Assembly (NCBI GenBank): GCA_963770565.1
Contig: CAVYQE010000001.1
Span: 1,344,001-1,408,000, forward strand
Source: an uncultured Actinomycetota bacterium
GTDB taxonomy: Bacteria; Actinomycetota; Actinomycetes; JAFAQI01
Direction of reading: 5' to 3'
Length of the DNA: 64,000 nucleotides
This document shows, in pieces, positions 23,873 to 34,321 of this stretch. Positions within the stretch are counted from its first letter, which is position 1. Each line of letters begins with the position of its first letter. The notes below the pieces were generated by a model. It saw nothing but the letters and a program-made list of their open reading frames with translations. It did not search any database and was not told the DNA's origin. Made by a program: the position numbers and the translations under genes.

Positions 23873-24446
23873 CGGTTTCTTGATCATCTTTTTCTAGTTT
23901 TGCGAGGCGGTCCGGGGCGTATCGCCGGAGGATTTCGACCGCCCACTCGACCTTGTCCTCCGTTCGCTGGCCGGATGGCTGCCAGCGAGACCAAAGCTCG
24001 AGGTTCTCCAACCGGTTGTCGAGGCGGTTGCCGTTCTTGTGATGGACGGACTCGTCGGGTCGAAGCGCTCGGCCGAGGTGGCGGGCCATTACCAAGCGGT
24101 GCTCGGTCGTCGAGGAGTCTCCCGCCGAAAGATGACGGAGGTGTGGCGGCACGGGCACCACGAGATAGCCGCGGTTGACGTAACCAGTCCCTGAGACCTC
24201 CCGGACCGGCTTGTCCGCCTGAACGTCACCGAACTTCCGCATCCGCGCGGCGTGGGATTCGCAGAGTTGACGCTTCGCCGCGGGCCGCTTGCACCCCTCG
24301 ACTCTGCATGAGCTGTTGACGCGCCGACCGATCGGGCGATCTGCCTGGACGTCGCCGAGTCGCAGCCAGCGAAGCAAATGAGCATGGCACCAGCCGCGAC
24401 CCTCGGCCTCGCGGCCGCAACCTTCGACGGAACATTTCTTCGGCAT
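23835..24446 (-). CDS. HNH endonuclease with two N-terminal CxxxxC..CxxH Zn-finger-like repeats
   Basis: CSVEGC..GWCHAH and CRVEGC..LCESH; EHRLVMARHLGR...VHHKNGNRLDNRLENLELW; RBS GGAGGG. Confidence 0.88.
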   Translation of the reverse strand: MPKKCSVEGCGREAEGRGWCHAHLLRWLRLGDVQADRPIGRRVNSSCRVEGCKRPAAKRQLCESHAARMRKFGDVQADKPVREVSGTGYVNRGYLVVPVPPHLRHLSAGDSSTTEHRLVMARHLGRALRPDESVHHKNGNRLDNRLENLELWSRWQPSGQRTEDKVEWAVEILRRYAPDRLAKLEKDDQETVAPTGFEPAPPP

Positions 24447-24464
24447 GAATTCCCTCCGCGATCA

Positions 24465-24486
24465 ACGATGCTCGAGGGCACCGACG
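24465..24486 (-). promoter_or_regulatory. RecA-NDp / PafBC-like promoter of the HNH gene
   Basis: cGTCGGTG-ccctcgag-CATCGT; same 8-nt spacer as the copy at 16345-16366, one mismatch in each box. Confidence 0.5.
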
Positions 24487-24520
24487 AGATCGGTCGCGGT
24501 GCGATCCGCCTGTGGAAAGC

Positions 24521-24546
24521 CGCGGTCCGGTGTGGGCCGGACCGCG
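24521..24546 (-). terminator. Hairpin downstream of the IclR gene
   Basis: Perfect 10-bp stem CGCGGTCCGG/CCGGACCGCG, 6-nt loop. Confidence 0.6.
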
Positions 24547-24552
24547 AAGGGG

Positions 24553-25263
24553 CTATCGCCGTAGCGCGGTCGACAGCGCGTGCCCGGCTGCCATCACCGC
24601 TTCGGCGTGCAGCCGGCCGGGGCTGCGGGTGAGCCGGTCGATCGGACCCGACACCGACACCGCGGCGACCGCCCGGCCGTCGTGGCCGAACACCGGCGCC
24701 GACACCGACGCCACCCCGGCCTCGCGCTCGGCCACGCTCGCCGCCCAGCCGCGCCGCCGCACCGTCGCCAGCGTCGCGGCGCTGAATCGCGCCTCGTCCA
24801 TCAGGCTTGCCACGTCATCGATCGGCTCCCAGGCGAGCAGCACCTGCGCCGCCGATCCCGCGGTCATCGGCAGGTCGGCGCCGACCGGCACGGTGTCCCG
24901 CAGGCCGCTGGCGCGCTCGGCTGCCGCGATGCAGCGCCGGATCGTCCCGACCCGGCGATACAACTGCGCGCTCTCGTGGGTGTCCTGGCACAGTTGCTCG
25001 AGGACTGGTCCGGCAGCCCGCTCGAGTGAGCCGTTCCGGCCCGGTCCGGCCAGCTCCGCGAGCCGCGGACCCAGCGCAAATCGGCCGTCCGCGTCGCGCT
25101 CGACGTACCGATGGGCTTCGAGGGCAACTGCGAGGCGGTACGCCGTCGGCCGCGACAGCCCGCTCCGGTCGACCAGCTCGGCGAGTGACGCCGGTCCAAC
25201 GGCAAGGCAGTCAAGGACGACTACCGCCTTGTCAAGAACGCCGACGCTGGTACGCTGTGTCAT
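24553..25263 (-). CDS. IclR-family regulator (NdgR/LtbR-like), divergent from leuCD
   Basis: VGVLDKAV HTH, SGLRDTVPVG, EREAGVASVSAPV, SVSGP; conserved position beside leuC. Confidence 0.93.
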   Translation of the reverse strand: MTQRTSVGVLDKAVVVLDCLAVGPASLAELVDRSGLSRPTAYRLAVALEAHRYVERDADGRFALGPRLAELAGPGRNGSLERAAGPVLEQLCQDTHESAQLYRRVGTIRRCIAAAERASGLRDTVPVGADLPMTAGSAAQVLLAWEPIDDVASLMDEARFSAATLATVRRRGWAASVAEREAGVASVSAPVFGHDGRAVAAVSVSGPIDRLTRSPGRLHAEAVMAAGHALSTALRR

Positions 25264-25264
25264 A

Positions 25265-25293
25265 TCTCAATACTGCTGTATCAGTATATGAGA
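25265..25293. promoter_or_regulatory. Inverted repeat, candidate IclR operator in the divergent promoter region
   Basis: TCTCA-ATACTG...CAGTAT-A-TGAGA; contains TATACT on the minus strand. Confidence 0.5.
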
Positions 25294-25330
25294 CGCAAGC
25301 ATTCGGGCCGATTGTGTTGAGGAGGCCGTC

Positions 25331-26701
25331 GTGAGTCAGACGTTGGCGGAGAAGGTCTGGGCCGCGCACCTGGTGCGGAGCGCGGCCGGTGAGCCCGACC
25401 TGCTTTACATCGACCTGCACCTCGTGCACGAGGTCACCAGTGCGCAGGCCTTCGACGGCCTGAGACTGAGCGACCGTTCGGTCCGGCGCCCCGAGCTCAC
25501 GCTCGCCACCGAGGATCACAACGTTCCGACCACGGTCGGCCCGATCGTCGACCCGGTCAGCCGGACCCAGGTCGAAACACTTCGGCGCAACTGCGAGGAG
25601 TTCGGCGTCCGGCTGTTCCCGATGGGTGACGACGGCCAGGGCATCGTTCACGTGATCGGCCCGCAGCTCGGCCTGACGCAGCCCGGCATGACGGTCGTGT
25701 GCGGCGACAGCCACACGAGCACGCACGGCGCGTTCGGCGCGCTGGCGTTCGGGATCGGGACGAGCGAGGTCGAGCACGTGCTCGCGACCCAGTCGCTGCC
25801 GTTGCAGCGCCCCAAGACGATGGCGGTCGAGGTTTCCGGCGCCCTGCCGGCCGGAGTGACCGCGAAGGATCTCGTCCTCGGCATCATCACTCAGATCGGC
25901 ACCGGCGGCGGCCAGGGCCACGTCATCGAATATCGCGGCGAGGCGATTCGCGGTCTGTCGATGGAGGGCCGGATGACGGTCTGCAACATGTCGATCGAGG
26001 CCGGCGCGCGGGCCGGCATGATCGCGCCCGATGCGACGACCTTCGACTACCTCAAGGGCCGGCCACACGCGCCACAGGGCAACGATTGGGACGCCGCGGT
26101 CGCGTACTGGCAGACGCTGGTCACCGACGACGACGCCCAGTTCGACAAGGTGGTGCACGTCGACGCGACGGCGCTGTCGCCCTGGGTCACCTGGGGGACC
26201 AACCCCGGTCAAGGGGCGCCGCTGTCCGGACATGTGCCGGATCCGAAGGATGCCTCGGACGAGCGGGCGCTGGCCTACATGGGCCTCGCGGCGGGCACGA
26301 TGCTTCGCGACGTCGCGGTCGACACGGTCTTCATCGGCTCGTGCACGAACGGTCGGCTCGAGGACCTGCGCGCGGCCGCCGACGTGCTGCGCGGCCAGCA
26401 GGTCGCGCCCGGCGTGCGGGTCCTCGTCGTACCCGGCTCGGTGGCGGTCAAGCACGACGCCGAGGCGGAGGGTCTGGACAAGGTGTTCGAGGCCGCGGGC
26501 GCGCAGTGGCGCGGCGCCGGTTGCTCGATGTGTCTGGGAATGAACCCCGACAAGCTCGACCCGGGTCAGCGCAGCGCCTCGACCTCCAACCGCAACTTCG
26601 AGGGCCGGCAGGGTCCGGGCGGCCGCACGCACCTGGTGTCGCCGCCGGTCGCGGCCGCAACCGCGATTACGGGTCGGCTGACCGCCCCGGCCGATCTGTA
26701 G
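25331..26701 (+). CDS. leuC: 3-isopropylmalate dehydratase large subunit
   Basis: [42 protein letters not shown]. Confidence 0.97.
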   Translation: MSQTLAEKVWAAHLVRSAAGEPDLLYIDLHLVHEVTSAQAFDGLRLSDRSVRRPELTLATEDHNVPTTVGPIVDPVSRTQVETLRRNCEEFGVRLFPMGDDGQGIVHVIGPQLGLTQPGMTVVCGDSHTSTHGAFGALAFGIGTSEVEHVLATQSLPLQRPKTMAVEVSGALPAGVTAKDLVLGIITQIGTGGGQGHVIEYRGEAIRGLSMEGRMTVCNMSIEAGARAGMIAPDATTFDYLKGRPHAPQGNDWDAAVAYWQTLVTDDDAQFDKVVHVDATALSPWVTWGTNPGQGAPLSGHVPDPKDASDERALAYMGLAAGTMLRDVAVDTVFIGSCTNGRLEDLRAAADVLRGQQVAPGVRVLVVPGSVAVKHDAEAEGLDKVFEAAGAQWRGAGCSMCLGMNPDKLDPGQRSASTSNRNFEGRQGPGGRTHLVSPPVAAATAITGRLTAPADL

Positions 26702-26718
26702 GAAGGAACCGAACCGCG

Positions 26719-27306
26719 ATGGACCCGTTCACGACGCACACCGGCCGCGCAGTGCCGTTGCGGCGCAGCAATGTCGACACTGACCAGATCATCCCGGCCG
26801 AGTATCTCAAGCGGGTGACCCGCACGGGTTTTGCCGACGGGCTGTTCCGGGCCTGGCGCAACGATCCGGACTTCGTCCTCAACGACCCGCGGTACGACGG
26901 TGCGACCGTGCTCGTTGCCGGACCCGACTTCGGCACCGGTTCCTCGCGCGAGCACGCGGTCTGGGCGTTGCAGGACCACGGTTTTCGGGCGGTCGTGTCA
27001 CCGCGCTTCGCGGATATCTTTCGTGGCAACGCGTTGAAGGGCGGACTGCTCCCGGTCGAGCTCCCCGACGACGTCGTCGCGACGTTGCAGGACATTGTCG
27101 AAGCCGATCCTGACGCCGAGGTGACCGTGGACCTCGTCGATCGCATGGTGCGCGCACCGGGCCTCGAGGCGCCCTTCGCGATCGACGACTACACCCGTTG
27201 GCGGTTGATGGAAGGTCTCGATGACATCGGTCTCACCCTTCGCAATGTGGACGACATCACGGCGTACGAGTCGCGCCGTTCGCACTGGATGCCCGTGACC
27301 AACTGA
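26719..27306 (+). CDS. leuD: 3-isopropylmalate dehydratase small subunit
   Basis: [28 protein letters not shown]. Confidence 0.97.
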   Translation: MDPFTTHTGRAVPLRRSNVDTDQIIPAEYLKRVTRTGFADGLFRAWRNDPDFVLNDPRYDGATVLVAGPDFGTGSSREHAVWALQDHGFRAVVSPRFADIFRGNALKGGLLPVELPDDVVATLQDIVEADPDAEVTVDLVDRMVRAPGLEAPFAIDDYTRWRLMEGLDDIGLTLRNVDDITAYESRRSHWMPVTN

Positions 27307-27444
27307 GTCGATTCGACCGCCGAACGAGTCAAATTTGACGCGCCAGCAGAAAAAGTTGGCCGGAATCGTTGTATGCAGAGCGAATCCGCCCTAGCGTCCA
27401 GCGTCAGGTCGAGGGCGGTCCTCGACGAAAGACGGAGGGTGCAC

Positions 27445-27987
27445 GTGAACAGGGCCGATCTGATCGATGTGATCCGTGACCGTCTCGCCACGGACAAGAA
27501 AACGGCAGAGTCCGCCGTCGACGCAGTGCTTGACACGATCCAGCGTGCGGTCGCGACGGGAGAGCGCGTAGCCATCACTGGCTTCGGTGTTTTCGAGAAG
27601 GTCGAGCGTGCCGCACGAACCGGGCGCAACCCGCGCACCGGCGAGACGGTTCGCGTGAAGAAGACCTCGGTGCCGAAGTTCCGTCCGGGCACGCAGTTCA
27701 AGGGCGTCGTCAGCGGCGCGATCAAGCTCGGCCGGGTTGCCGACGCGGCGACGAAGGCCGCAGCGAAGTCGGCGTCGGCGGGGCCGCGCAAGGCGACCTC
27801 AGCCGCGCGCAGTGCTGCGAAGAAGGCGGCCAAGGCACCGGCGAAGAAGGCTGCGGCAAAGCGGGCTCCCGCGAAGAAGGCGCCGGCCAAGAAGGCGCCC
27901 GCGAAGAAGGCCGCCGCGAAGAGGGCGCCGGCCAAGAAGACGACCGCCAAGAAGACGACCGCCAAGAAGACCACGGCGCGTCGCTAA
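27445..27987 (+). CDS. hup: HU-family DNA-binding protein with Lys/Ala-rich tail (HupB/HupS type)
   Basis: [21 protein letters not shown]; PAKK repeats; promoter TTGTAT-17-TAGCGT at 27369-27397. Confidence 0.93.
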   Translation: MNRADLIDVIRDRLATDKKTAESAVDAVLDTIQRAVATGERVAITGFGVFEKVERAARTGRNPRTGETVRVKKTSVPKFRPGTQFKGVVSGAIKLGRVADAATKAAAKSASAGPRKATSAARSAAKKAAKAPAKKAAAKRAPAKKAPAKKAPAKKAAAKRAPAKKTTAKKTTAKKTTARR

Positions 27988-27998
27988 GAACGACAACG

Positions 27999-28045
27999 CG
28001 AACGGCCCGACGGCAGGCGCACAGCGCTCGCCGGCGGGCCGTTCG
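27999..28045. terminator. Hairpin between convergent genes
   Basis: CGAACGGCCCG...CGGGCCGTTCG stem. Confidence 0.6.
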
Positions 28046-28050
28046 TGGCA

Positions 28051-28284
28051 TCAGGGCGTCGGATCCGGGAACGTGACCAGCGTCACGAGCTCGACGGCTC
28101 CGTCATCGCCGAGGCGCAAGCGCACTCGTTGACCCACCCTCAGCAGCCGCAGGCCGCTCGGGTCGAATGCGACCGCCCCGAACTCCTTGACGCTTCCGTC
28201 GTCGAGTAACACGTCGCCACTGTGCGTCCCGGGATCGAAATCGCGGACCGTCGCCTGTACGGTGCGCCCGGCAAAGGAGCTCAC
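28051..28284 (-). CDS. Small cold-shock/OB-fold-like hypothetical protein
   Basis: QATVRDFD..SGDVLLDDG..LRLLRVGQRV; GTG overlaps the cofC stop (GTGA). Confidence 0.6.
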   Translation of the reverse strand: MSSFAGRTVQATVRDFDPGTHSGDVLLDDGSVKEFGAVAFDPSGLRLLRVGQRVRLRLGDDGAVELVTLVTFPDPTP

Positions 28285-28937
28285 CGCATCCGGCCGATCT
28301 GCTCGCTCCACAGCGCGCGGACCGCGCGCGTCGTGTCGGTCCCCACCCCGAGTGCGATGGCTGCCTCGAGGGCCTCCAGGGTGTCGACATCGTGCCGTAG
28401 TGCGGGGGCAGCATCGGCAGTGAGGTCAACCGCGCCGGCCGCCACGTGGGCGGCCCGCGAGCCGGCGCCGAAGGCGGGACCGAAGTTGTCGATCCCGAGC
28501 GCGGTCAGCACCGTTGTACCGATGCCGCCGGCGTCCGCGACGACGGCGACCGGATGCTCGGCGGCCAGGCACAGCACCCGGTCGAGGTCGGCCGAAGCGA
28601 GCGCGGGCAGGTCGGCGGACAGCGCCGCGACCTTGGGGGAGACGGCCAGGGTCGCGCCGTGCTGCAACGCCGGATTCAGGCCTGCGTCGGGCTGGTCGTC
28701 GATGACCCTGGCACCCAGCGCGCCGAGCGCGCTCCGGGCCCGTTCGTCGCTGGTGATGACGATCACCTCGGCGACCTCCTCGGCTCCGAGCGCGGCCCGC
28801 ACGGTGTCGGCGGCCATGGCCAGCGCGAGGTCGGCTCGAGCCGTGGCGGGAATCGCGATCCGGGTCTTGGCCGCGTCGAGCCGCTTGACCGGGATGAGCA
28901 CCGACCATTGATCGCGGTCTGCTCTCACATCTGGCAT
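28281..28937 (-). CDS. cofC: 2-phospho-L-lactate/PEP guanylyltransferase (F420 biosynthesis)
   Basis: IPVKRLDAAKTR, GLN, ADLP, GTT, FG.GS..H, DVDT. Confidence 0.9.
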   Translation of the reverse strand: MPDVRADRDQWSVLIPVKRLDAAKTRIAIPATARADLALAMAADTVRAALGAEEVAEVIVITSDERARSALGALGARVIDDQPDAGLNPALQHGATLAVSPKVAALSADLPALASADLDRVLCLAAEHPVAVVADAGGIGTTVLTALGIDNFGPAFGAGSRAAHVAAGAVDLTADAAPALRHDVDTLEALEAAIALGVGTDTTRAVRALWSEQIGRMR

Positions 28938-28985
28938 CCTCGCAAAGACAGCAGTCGAGTCGACTCGGCGGACCGGTCGGAGGTC

Positions 28986-29696
28986 GTGGTGCGATACGGG
29001 CGGTTGGGGTTCTGGTACCGCCTGGTCGTCGTGGTCGCCGCGCCACCGCTGCGGATCACGACGATCCGCGACTGGCGGCGTCAGGATCGCATCCCGCGCT
29101 CGGGCGGCTTCATCCTCGCCGCCAACCACATCAGCTACGTCGACCCGATGACGCTCGGGCTCTATGTCCTCGACACTGGCCGGGTGCCGAAATACCTCGC
29201 GAAGTCCACCCTGTTCGAGAAGCCGCTGATCAAGTACGTCTTCATCGGCGCCAAGCAGATCCCGGTCTATCGCGGTACCTCGGACGCCGCCAACGCGCTG
29301 ACCCCCGCGGTCGAGGCGGTCAATGCCGGTGAGTGCGTCCTGATCTACCCCGAGGGCACTGCGACCCGTGACCCGGACTGCTGGCCGATGAAGGCCCGGA
29401 CCGGGGTCGCGCGGCTCGCGCTGATGACCGGTGCGCCGGTCGTGCCGGTCGCCCAGTGGGGCCCGCAGCGGCTGTGGCGCTACAAGCAGAAGTTCCCGCG
29501 GCCGTTCCCGCGCAAGAGGGTGCAGATCCTTGCCGGACCGCCGGTCGACCTTTCGGCGTACGCCGGGCAACCGATGACGGCCGAGGTGTTGCGCGCAGCC
29601 ACCGACGAGATCATGGCTCGGATCACCGACCTTTTGGTCGAGCTTCGTGGCGGCCGGCCGCCCGCCGTCACCTACGACCCGCGGATGGCGGCATGA
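28986..29696 (+). CDS. Lysophospholipid acyltransferase (PlsC family)
   Basis: NHISYVD (NHxxxxD), LAK, YPEGT, ARTGVARLAL. Confidence 0.9.
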   Translation: MVRYGRLGFWYRLVVVVAAPPLRITTIRDWRRQDRIPRSGGFILAANHISYVDPMTLGLYVLDTGRVPKYLAKSTLFEKPLIKYVFIGAKQIPVYRGTSDAANALTPAVEAVNAGECVLIYPEGTATRDPDCWPMKARTGVARLALMTGAPVVPVAQWGPQRLWRYKQKFPRPFPRKRVQILAGPPVDLSAYAGQPMTAEVLRAATDEIMARITDLLVELRGGRPPAVTYDPRMAA

Positions 29697-30703
29697 CTCG
29701 CGCCGCGGTGATCGGTGCCGGCTCGTGGGGCACCGCCTTCGCCCAGGTCCTGGTGGATTCCGGCACCGACACGATCCTGTGCGCCCGGCGCGACGAGATC
29801 TCGAACGCCATCAACGACCTGCACGAGAACCCCGACTACCTGCCGCGGATCACCCTTCCCCGTAGCCTGCGGGCCACCAGCGATCCGGCCGAGGCACTGC
29901 GCGGCGCCGATCTGGTCGTCTTGGCCGTGCCGTCCCAGACCTTGCGCGACAACCTGCTCGCCATCGTCGACCTGATCCCCCGCGACGCGGTGCTGGTCAG
30001 CTTGATGAAGGGAGTGGAACTCGGGACCGACAAGCGGATGACCGAGGTCCTCAGCGAGGTCGTCGACGTGCCGAGCGGCCAGGTCGTCGCGGTCTCGGGA
30101 CCGAACCTCGCACGCGAGATCGCGCTGCGCGAACCGGCTGCGGCAGTGGTGGCCTGCACCGACCTCGACGTGGCCGGCCGGGTGCAGCTCGCATGCCACT
30201 CGGGCTATTTCCGTCCGTATCGCAACCACGACGTGATCGGCTGCGAGTTCGGCGGCGCGGTCAAGAACGTGATCGCGATCGCGGTCGGGATGGCTGCGGG
30301 ACTCGGTTTCGGCGACAACGCCCGGGCCTCGATGATCACGCGCGGCCTGGCCGAGATCGCCCGGATCGGTGTCGCACTCGGTGCTGAGCCGCTCACCTTT
30401 GCCGGTCTGGCCGGGATGGGCGACCTGGTCGCCACCTGCTCGTCGCCGCTGTCGCGAAACCGCACCTTCGGCGAGGACCTCGGCCGGGGCTTGACCGTCG
30501 AGCAGGTGCTGGCGAAGACGAAGCAGACCGCGGAAGGCGTCAAGTCGTGCCGGTCGATCCTCGACCTGGCCGTGAAGCACAGCGTCGCGGCGCCGATCAC
30601 CGAGCATGTTGTCAAAGTGGTCGACGAAGGGATGACGGTGCCCGCGATGATGGCATCGTTGTTGGCGAGTGACCCCAAACACGAGCAGGATGCCGATGTC
30701 TGA
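29693..30703 (+). CDS. gpsA: NAD(P)H-dependent glycerol-3-phosphate dehydrogenase
   Basis: GAGSWGTA, KG, SGPNLA, KNVIA, GDLVATC, SRN, AEG. Confidence 0.95.
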   Translation: MTRAAVIGAGSWGTAFAQVLVDSGTDTILCARRDEISNAINDLHENPDYLPRITLPRSLRATSDPAEALRGADLVVLAVPSQTLRDNLLAIVDLIPRDAVLVSLMKGVELGTDKRMTEVLSEVVDVPSGQVVAVSGPNLAREIALREPAAAVVACTDLDVAGRVQLACHSGYFRPYRNHDVIGCEFGGAVKNVIAIAVGMAAGLGFGDNARASMITRGLAEIARIGVALGAEPLTFAGLAGMGDLVATCSSPLSRNRTFGEDLGRGLTVEQVLAKTKQTAEGVKSCRSILDLAVKHSVAAPITEHVVKVVDEGMTVPAMMASLLASDPKHEQDADV

Positions 30704-31985
30704 CGACTTCCCCACGTCGAGCGACCGCCCTCCCAACCTTCCGATCGTGGATCCGTCCGAGCTTGCGCCCGGCTCCGAGAACACCCGCTCCGTGCACGTG
30801 CCGCGGCCGGACTTCAGCACGGTGCGCTCGGTGGGTCTGCCGACGTACCGGAGCGCCACGTTCGAGTTCGAACGGACCCAGGACTACGCCGACGTCCTCA
30901 ACGACCGGGAGTCGGGATACAGCTACAGCCGGATCGACAACCCGACCGCGAATGCCTTCGTGCTCGGCCTGGCGGCACTCGAGGCGCACGGTCACGACCG
31001 GCCGGTCGCGGCGCAGCCGTTCGCCTCGGGGATGGGTGCGATCTCCACCGTGTTCCTCGCGCTGTGCGAGGCCGGCGGCCATGTCGTGGCACCGGCCGCG
31101 GTCTACGGCGGCACCTACGGGCTGATCCAGCACATCCTGGCCAGGTTCGGCGTCTCGGCCACGTTCGTCGACATGACCGACCTCGACGCGGTGCGCAGCG
31201 CGGTGCGGGACGACACCGCGCTGGTGTGGGCCGAGACGATCGCCAACCCGACCACCGCGGTCACCGATCTCCCGGGTGTCGCTTCGATCTGCCGGGAGGC
31301 CGGGGTCCCGTTCTGCGTCGACAGCACGTTTGCGCCGCCGCCGGTCTGCCGGCCCTTGCGTTGGGGTGCCGACCTGGTGGTCCACTCCGCGACGAAGTAC
31401 CTCGGCGGGCACTCCGACGTCACCGGTGGCGCGGTGGTCGGTGACATTGCCCTCGTCGCCCGGGTGCGGGCGGCTCGGGTCGACCTCGGCGCCAGCCTGG
31501 CGCCCGACGAGGCGTTCCTCCTGCACCGTGGGCTGGCCACGCTGCCGTTGCGGGTCGAGCGACACTGTGCGAGCGCGCACGCGGTGGCCGAGGCGCTGGT
31601 CGGCCATCCCGCGGTGGAGCGGATCGACTATCCCGGCCTCGCCACCCACCCGCAGCACGCGCTCGCCGGCAAGCTCTTCGAGTCCGGTCCGGCCGGCCAG
31701 CGGTACGGCGCGATCCTCAGCATCACGCCGCGCGGCGGCCGCCAGGCCGGCTTCGGGCTCGCCGACGGCCTGTCGATCGGAATGGTCGCCACCAGCCTGG
31801 GCGGGGTGCACACCGTGGTCAGCCACGTCGCCTCCACGACCCACCGCCAGTTCGACGACGCGGCGTTGGCAGCGGCCGGTATCTCGCCGGGCACCGTGCG
31901 CTTCAGCATCGGGCTCGAGGACGCCGACGACCTCGTCGCCGACATCGAACGCGCGCTCGATGCGATCGCCCGGTCCCGAGGATGA
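30690..31985 (+). CDS. Cystathionine gamma-synthase/lyase-family PLP enzyme
   Basis: YSRIDNPT, SGMGAI, YGGT, ETIANP, DSTFA, HSATKYLGGHSD, SLGG, RFSIGLED. Confidence 0.9.
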   Translation: MPMSDDFPTSSDRPPNLPIVDPSELAPGSENTRSVHVPRPDFSTVRSVGLPTYRSATFEFERTQDYADVLNDRESGYSYSRIDNPTANAFVLGLAALEAHGHDRPVAAQPFASGMGAISTVFLALCEAGGHVVAPAAVYGGTYGLIQHILARFGVSATFVDMTDLDAVRSAVRDDTALVWAETIANPTTAVTDLPGVASICREAGVPFCVDSTFAPPPVCRPLRWGADLVVHSATKYLGGHSDVTGGAVVGDIALVARVRAARVDLGASLAPDEAFLLHRGLATLPLRVERHCASAHAVAEALVGHPAVERIDYPGLATHPQHALAGKLFESGPAGQRYGAILSITPRGGRQAGFGLADGLSIGMVATSLGGVHTVVSHVASTTHRQFDDAALAAAGISPGTVRFSIGLEDADDLVADIERALDAIARSRG

Positions 31986-32023
31986 AGCGGACAGCAGCCA
32001 CTTCTGGCACTAGGATCACACCC

Positions 32024-33238
32024 GTGTCAGCCTCTCGGCGGCTTCGGATCGGCGTGGGCTGTGCTGCGCTGGCCTCGCTGAGCGCGCTCGTGCTCGCACC
32101 GGCACCCGCCCTCGCCTCGCACGGCGGCGGCCCCAGTGCCGGAGCGATCGCCCGCAGCCAGCGTGAGGTGGCCAATCGCGAGCGTCAGGTGAAGGCGGCC
32201 GCAACCGCGGTCGCCGATGCGAAGTTGAGGCTGGCCCGGCTCAACGTGACCGCCGAGGTGGCATTCGAGGCCTACGACGGCGCGAAGGTCAAGCTTGTCG
32301 CGGCCCAACGTGCGGTCTCGACTGCGCATCGCGTCCTCGCCGGGGCGACCGCGCAGGTGGCCCATGGCGAGGCCAGGGTGCGCAAGTTCGTGACCGCGGC
32401 GTACGAGACCGGCGGCCTGTCCGCGATCGACGCCTACCTGGCGCCCGGTGGTGCGGCCCAGTTGGTGTCGCGGGTCGGCGCGATCGCGGCGATTTCGAGC
32501 TCGGAACACACCACCTTGCAGCAGCTTGACGCGGCCCGGATCTACCAGGGCGTGGTGAGCCGGCAGGCGGAGGGCGTCGCGGCGACCGCTGCTACGGCGG
32601 CTGCGGCCGCCAACCGGGCCAAGACCGTGGCCCTCGCCGCGGTCAGGCGCCAGACTGCGGAGCTCGCCACCCTCAATCGGACCCAGGCGAAGCTTCGCGG
32701 CTTGCTCGCGCAGGCCAAGTCGCACGAGTCCAAGCTGCAGCGCGAGCGGCTGGCCGCGATCGCGGCGGCGCGTGCCCGGGCGATCGCGCGGGCCGCCCGC
32801 CAGCACTCCTCGTCGCCAGGCCCGTACTCCGGGCAGTCCGGCAACCTGTCCGGCACCGTGTCGGCGTCCACCGAGGCCACCGCGCTTCACGACGCGGAGT
32901 CCCAGATCGGCAAGCCGTATCAGTGGGCCGCGGCCGGGCCCAACTCCTACGACTGCTCCGGGCTGGTCATGTGGGCCTATAACAAGGTCGGCGTCCATCT
33001 CGACCACTTCACCGGCGACCAGTGGAACGAGGGTGCGCACGTCAGCCGCGCCGATCTGCAGCCGGGCGACCTGGTCTTCTTCGCGACGAACACCTCCGAC
33101 CCTTCGACGATCCATCACGTCGGGCTCTATGTCGGCGGCTCGGAGATGGTGAATGCGCCGTACACCGGTGTCGACGTGCGCTACGACTCGATCGACCGGC
33201 CCGACTACATCGGCGCGGTCCGCCCCTACCAGCGGTGA
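32024..33238 (+). CDS. Secreted NlpC/P60 peptidoglycan endopeptidase with coiled-coil N-terminus (RipA-like)
   Basis: Signal peptide ending ALA; GKPYQW, YDCSGL, PGDLVFF, HVGLY; GTG at 32024 after TAGGAT. Confidence 0.9.
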   Translation: MSASRRLRIGVGCAALASLSALVLAPAPALASHGGGPSAGAIARSQREVANRERQVKAAATAVADAKLRLARLNVTAEVAFEAYDGAKVKLVAAQRAVSTAHRVLAGATAQVAHGEARVRKFVTAAYETGGLSAIDAYLAPGGAAQLVSRVGAIAAISSSEHTTLQQLDAARIYQGVVSRQAEGVAATAATAAAAANRAKTVALAAVRRQTAELATLNRTQAKLRGLLAQAKSHESKLQRERLAAIAAARARAIARAARQHSSSPGPYSGQSGNLSGTVSASTEATALHDAESQIGKPYQWAAAGPNSYDCSGLVMWAYNKVGVHLDHFTGDQWNEGAHVSRADLQPGDLVFFATNTSDPSTIHHVGLYVGGSEMVNAPYTGVDVRYDSIDRPDYIGAVRPYQR

Positions 33239-34311
33239 GCCCCGACTCGGGGGGAGCGGCCCGGCGGATCCGGGTCGCGGTGATCTTCGGTGGCCGCAGC
33301 AGCGAACACGCGATCTCCTGCATCACCGCCGGCAGCGTGCTCGGCGCGCTCGACCCGGACCGGTACGACGTCGTCCCGATCGGCATCACGATGGAAGGCC
33401 GGTGGGTCGCCAGCGACGCCCGCGCGCTGCAGATGCGCGGCCGTGAGCTGCCCGCGGTCTCGCCGGCGGGTGCCTCGGTCGCGATTCCCGGCGACCCGAC
33501 TGCGTTGCCCGCCGAGTTCGGTCAGGTCGACGTGGTGTTTCCCCTCCTGCACGGCCCGTACGGCGAGGACGGCACCATCCAGGGCCTGCTCGAGCTCGCC
33601 GGCGTGCCGTATGTGGGCTCCGGGGTGTTCGCCTCGGCCGCCGCGATGGACAAGCAGCACATGAAGCGGTTGCTGACGCAGGCCGGTCTCGACGTGGCGC
33701 CATATGTCGTCGCGCGGGCGGGCCAGCCGATCCCGGCCACGATCGCGGACCTGGGCCTGCCGGTGTTCGTCAAGCCCGCGCGCGGCGGGTCGAGCATCGG
33801 CATCTCGAAGGTCGAGCGGCGCGAGGACCTCGAGGCCGCGCTGGATTCGGCGTACGAACACGATCCGAAGGCCCTGGTCGAAGCCGCGGTCGCGGGCCGC
33901 GAGGTGGAGTGCGGCGTGCTGGCCGGCGTCGACGGCGGGCCGCCCGAGGCATCCCTGCCAGCCGAGATCAGGGTCGCGCCGGGCGCGCAGTTCTACGACT
34001 TCGAGGCGAAGTACATGCCCGACAGCGGCACCGAGTTCGACATCCCGCCGAAGCTGCCCGACGAGGTGATCGAGGGAGTCCGGACGGCCGCGATCGACGC
34101 CTTCGTGGCGCTGGACTGCGAAGGGCTGGCCCGGGTCGACTTCTTCCTGGCCGACGACGACCGGCTGCTGGTCAACGAGGTCAACACGATGCCGGGCTTC
34201 ACGCCGGTGTCGATGTTCCCGCAGATGTGGGCTGCGACCGGCGTCGACTACCCGACCCTGGTGAGCCGGCTGATCGACGACGCGATCCGCCGCGGCACCG
34301 GGCTGCGCTGA
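33235..34311 (+). CDS. ddl: D-alanine--D-alanine ligase
   Basis: [51 protein letters not shown]. Confidence 0.96.
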   Translation: MSPDSGGAARRIRVAVIFGGRSSEHAISCITAGSVLGALDPDRYDVVPIGITMEGRWVASDARALQMRGRELPAVSPAGASVAIPGDPTALPAEFGQVDVVFPLLHGPYGEDGTIQGLLELAGVPYVGSGVFASAAAMDKQHMKRLLTQAGLDVAPYVVARAGQPIPATIADLGLPVFVKPARGGSSIGISKVERREDLEAALDSAYEHDPKALVEAAVAGREVECGVLAGVDGGPPEASLPAEIRVAPGAQFYDFEAKYMPDSGTEFDIPPKLPDEVIEGVRTAAIDAFVALDCEGLARVDFFLADDDRLLVNEVNTMPGFTPVSMFPQMWAATGVDYPTLVSRLIDDAIRRGTGLR

Positions 34312-34321
34312 CCGCCGCCGG

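Noticed and set aside
23866-24555. GGGGCTA direct repeat at the tRNA-Glu 3' end and at 24549-24555 as attL/attR
   Set aside because: Only 7 bp in GC-rich DNA; the second copy overlaps the IclR stop beyond its terminator hairpin, and there is no integrase
27780-27985. Tandem DNA repeats in hup
   Set aside because: They encode the known PAKK/AKK histone-like tail of actinobacterial HU proteins
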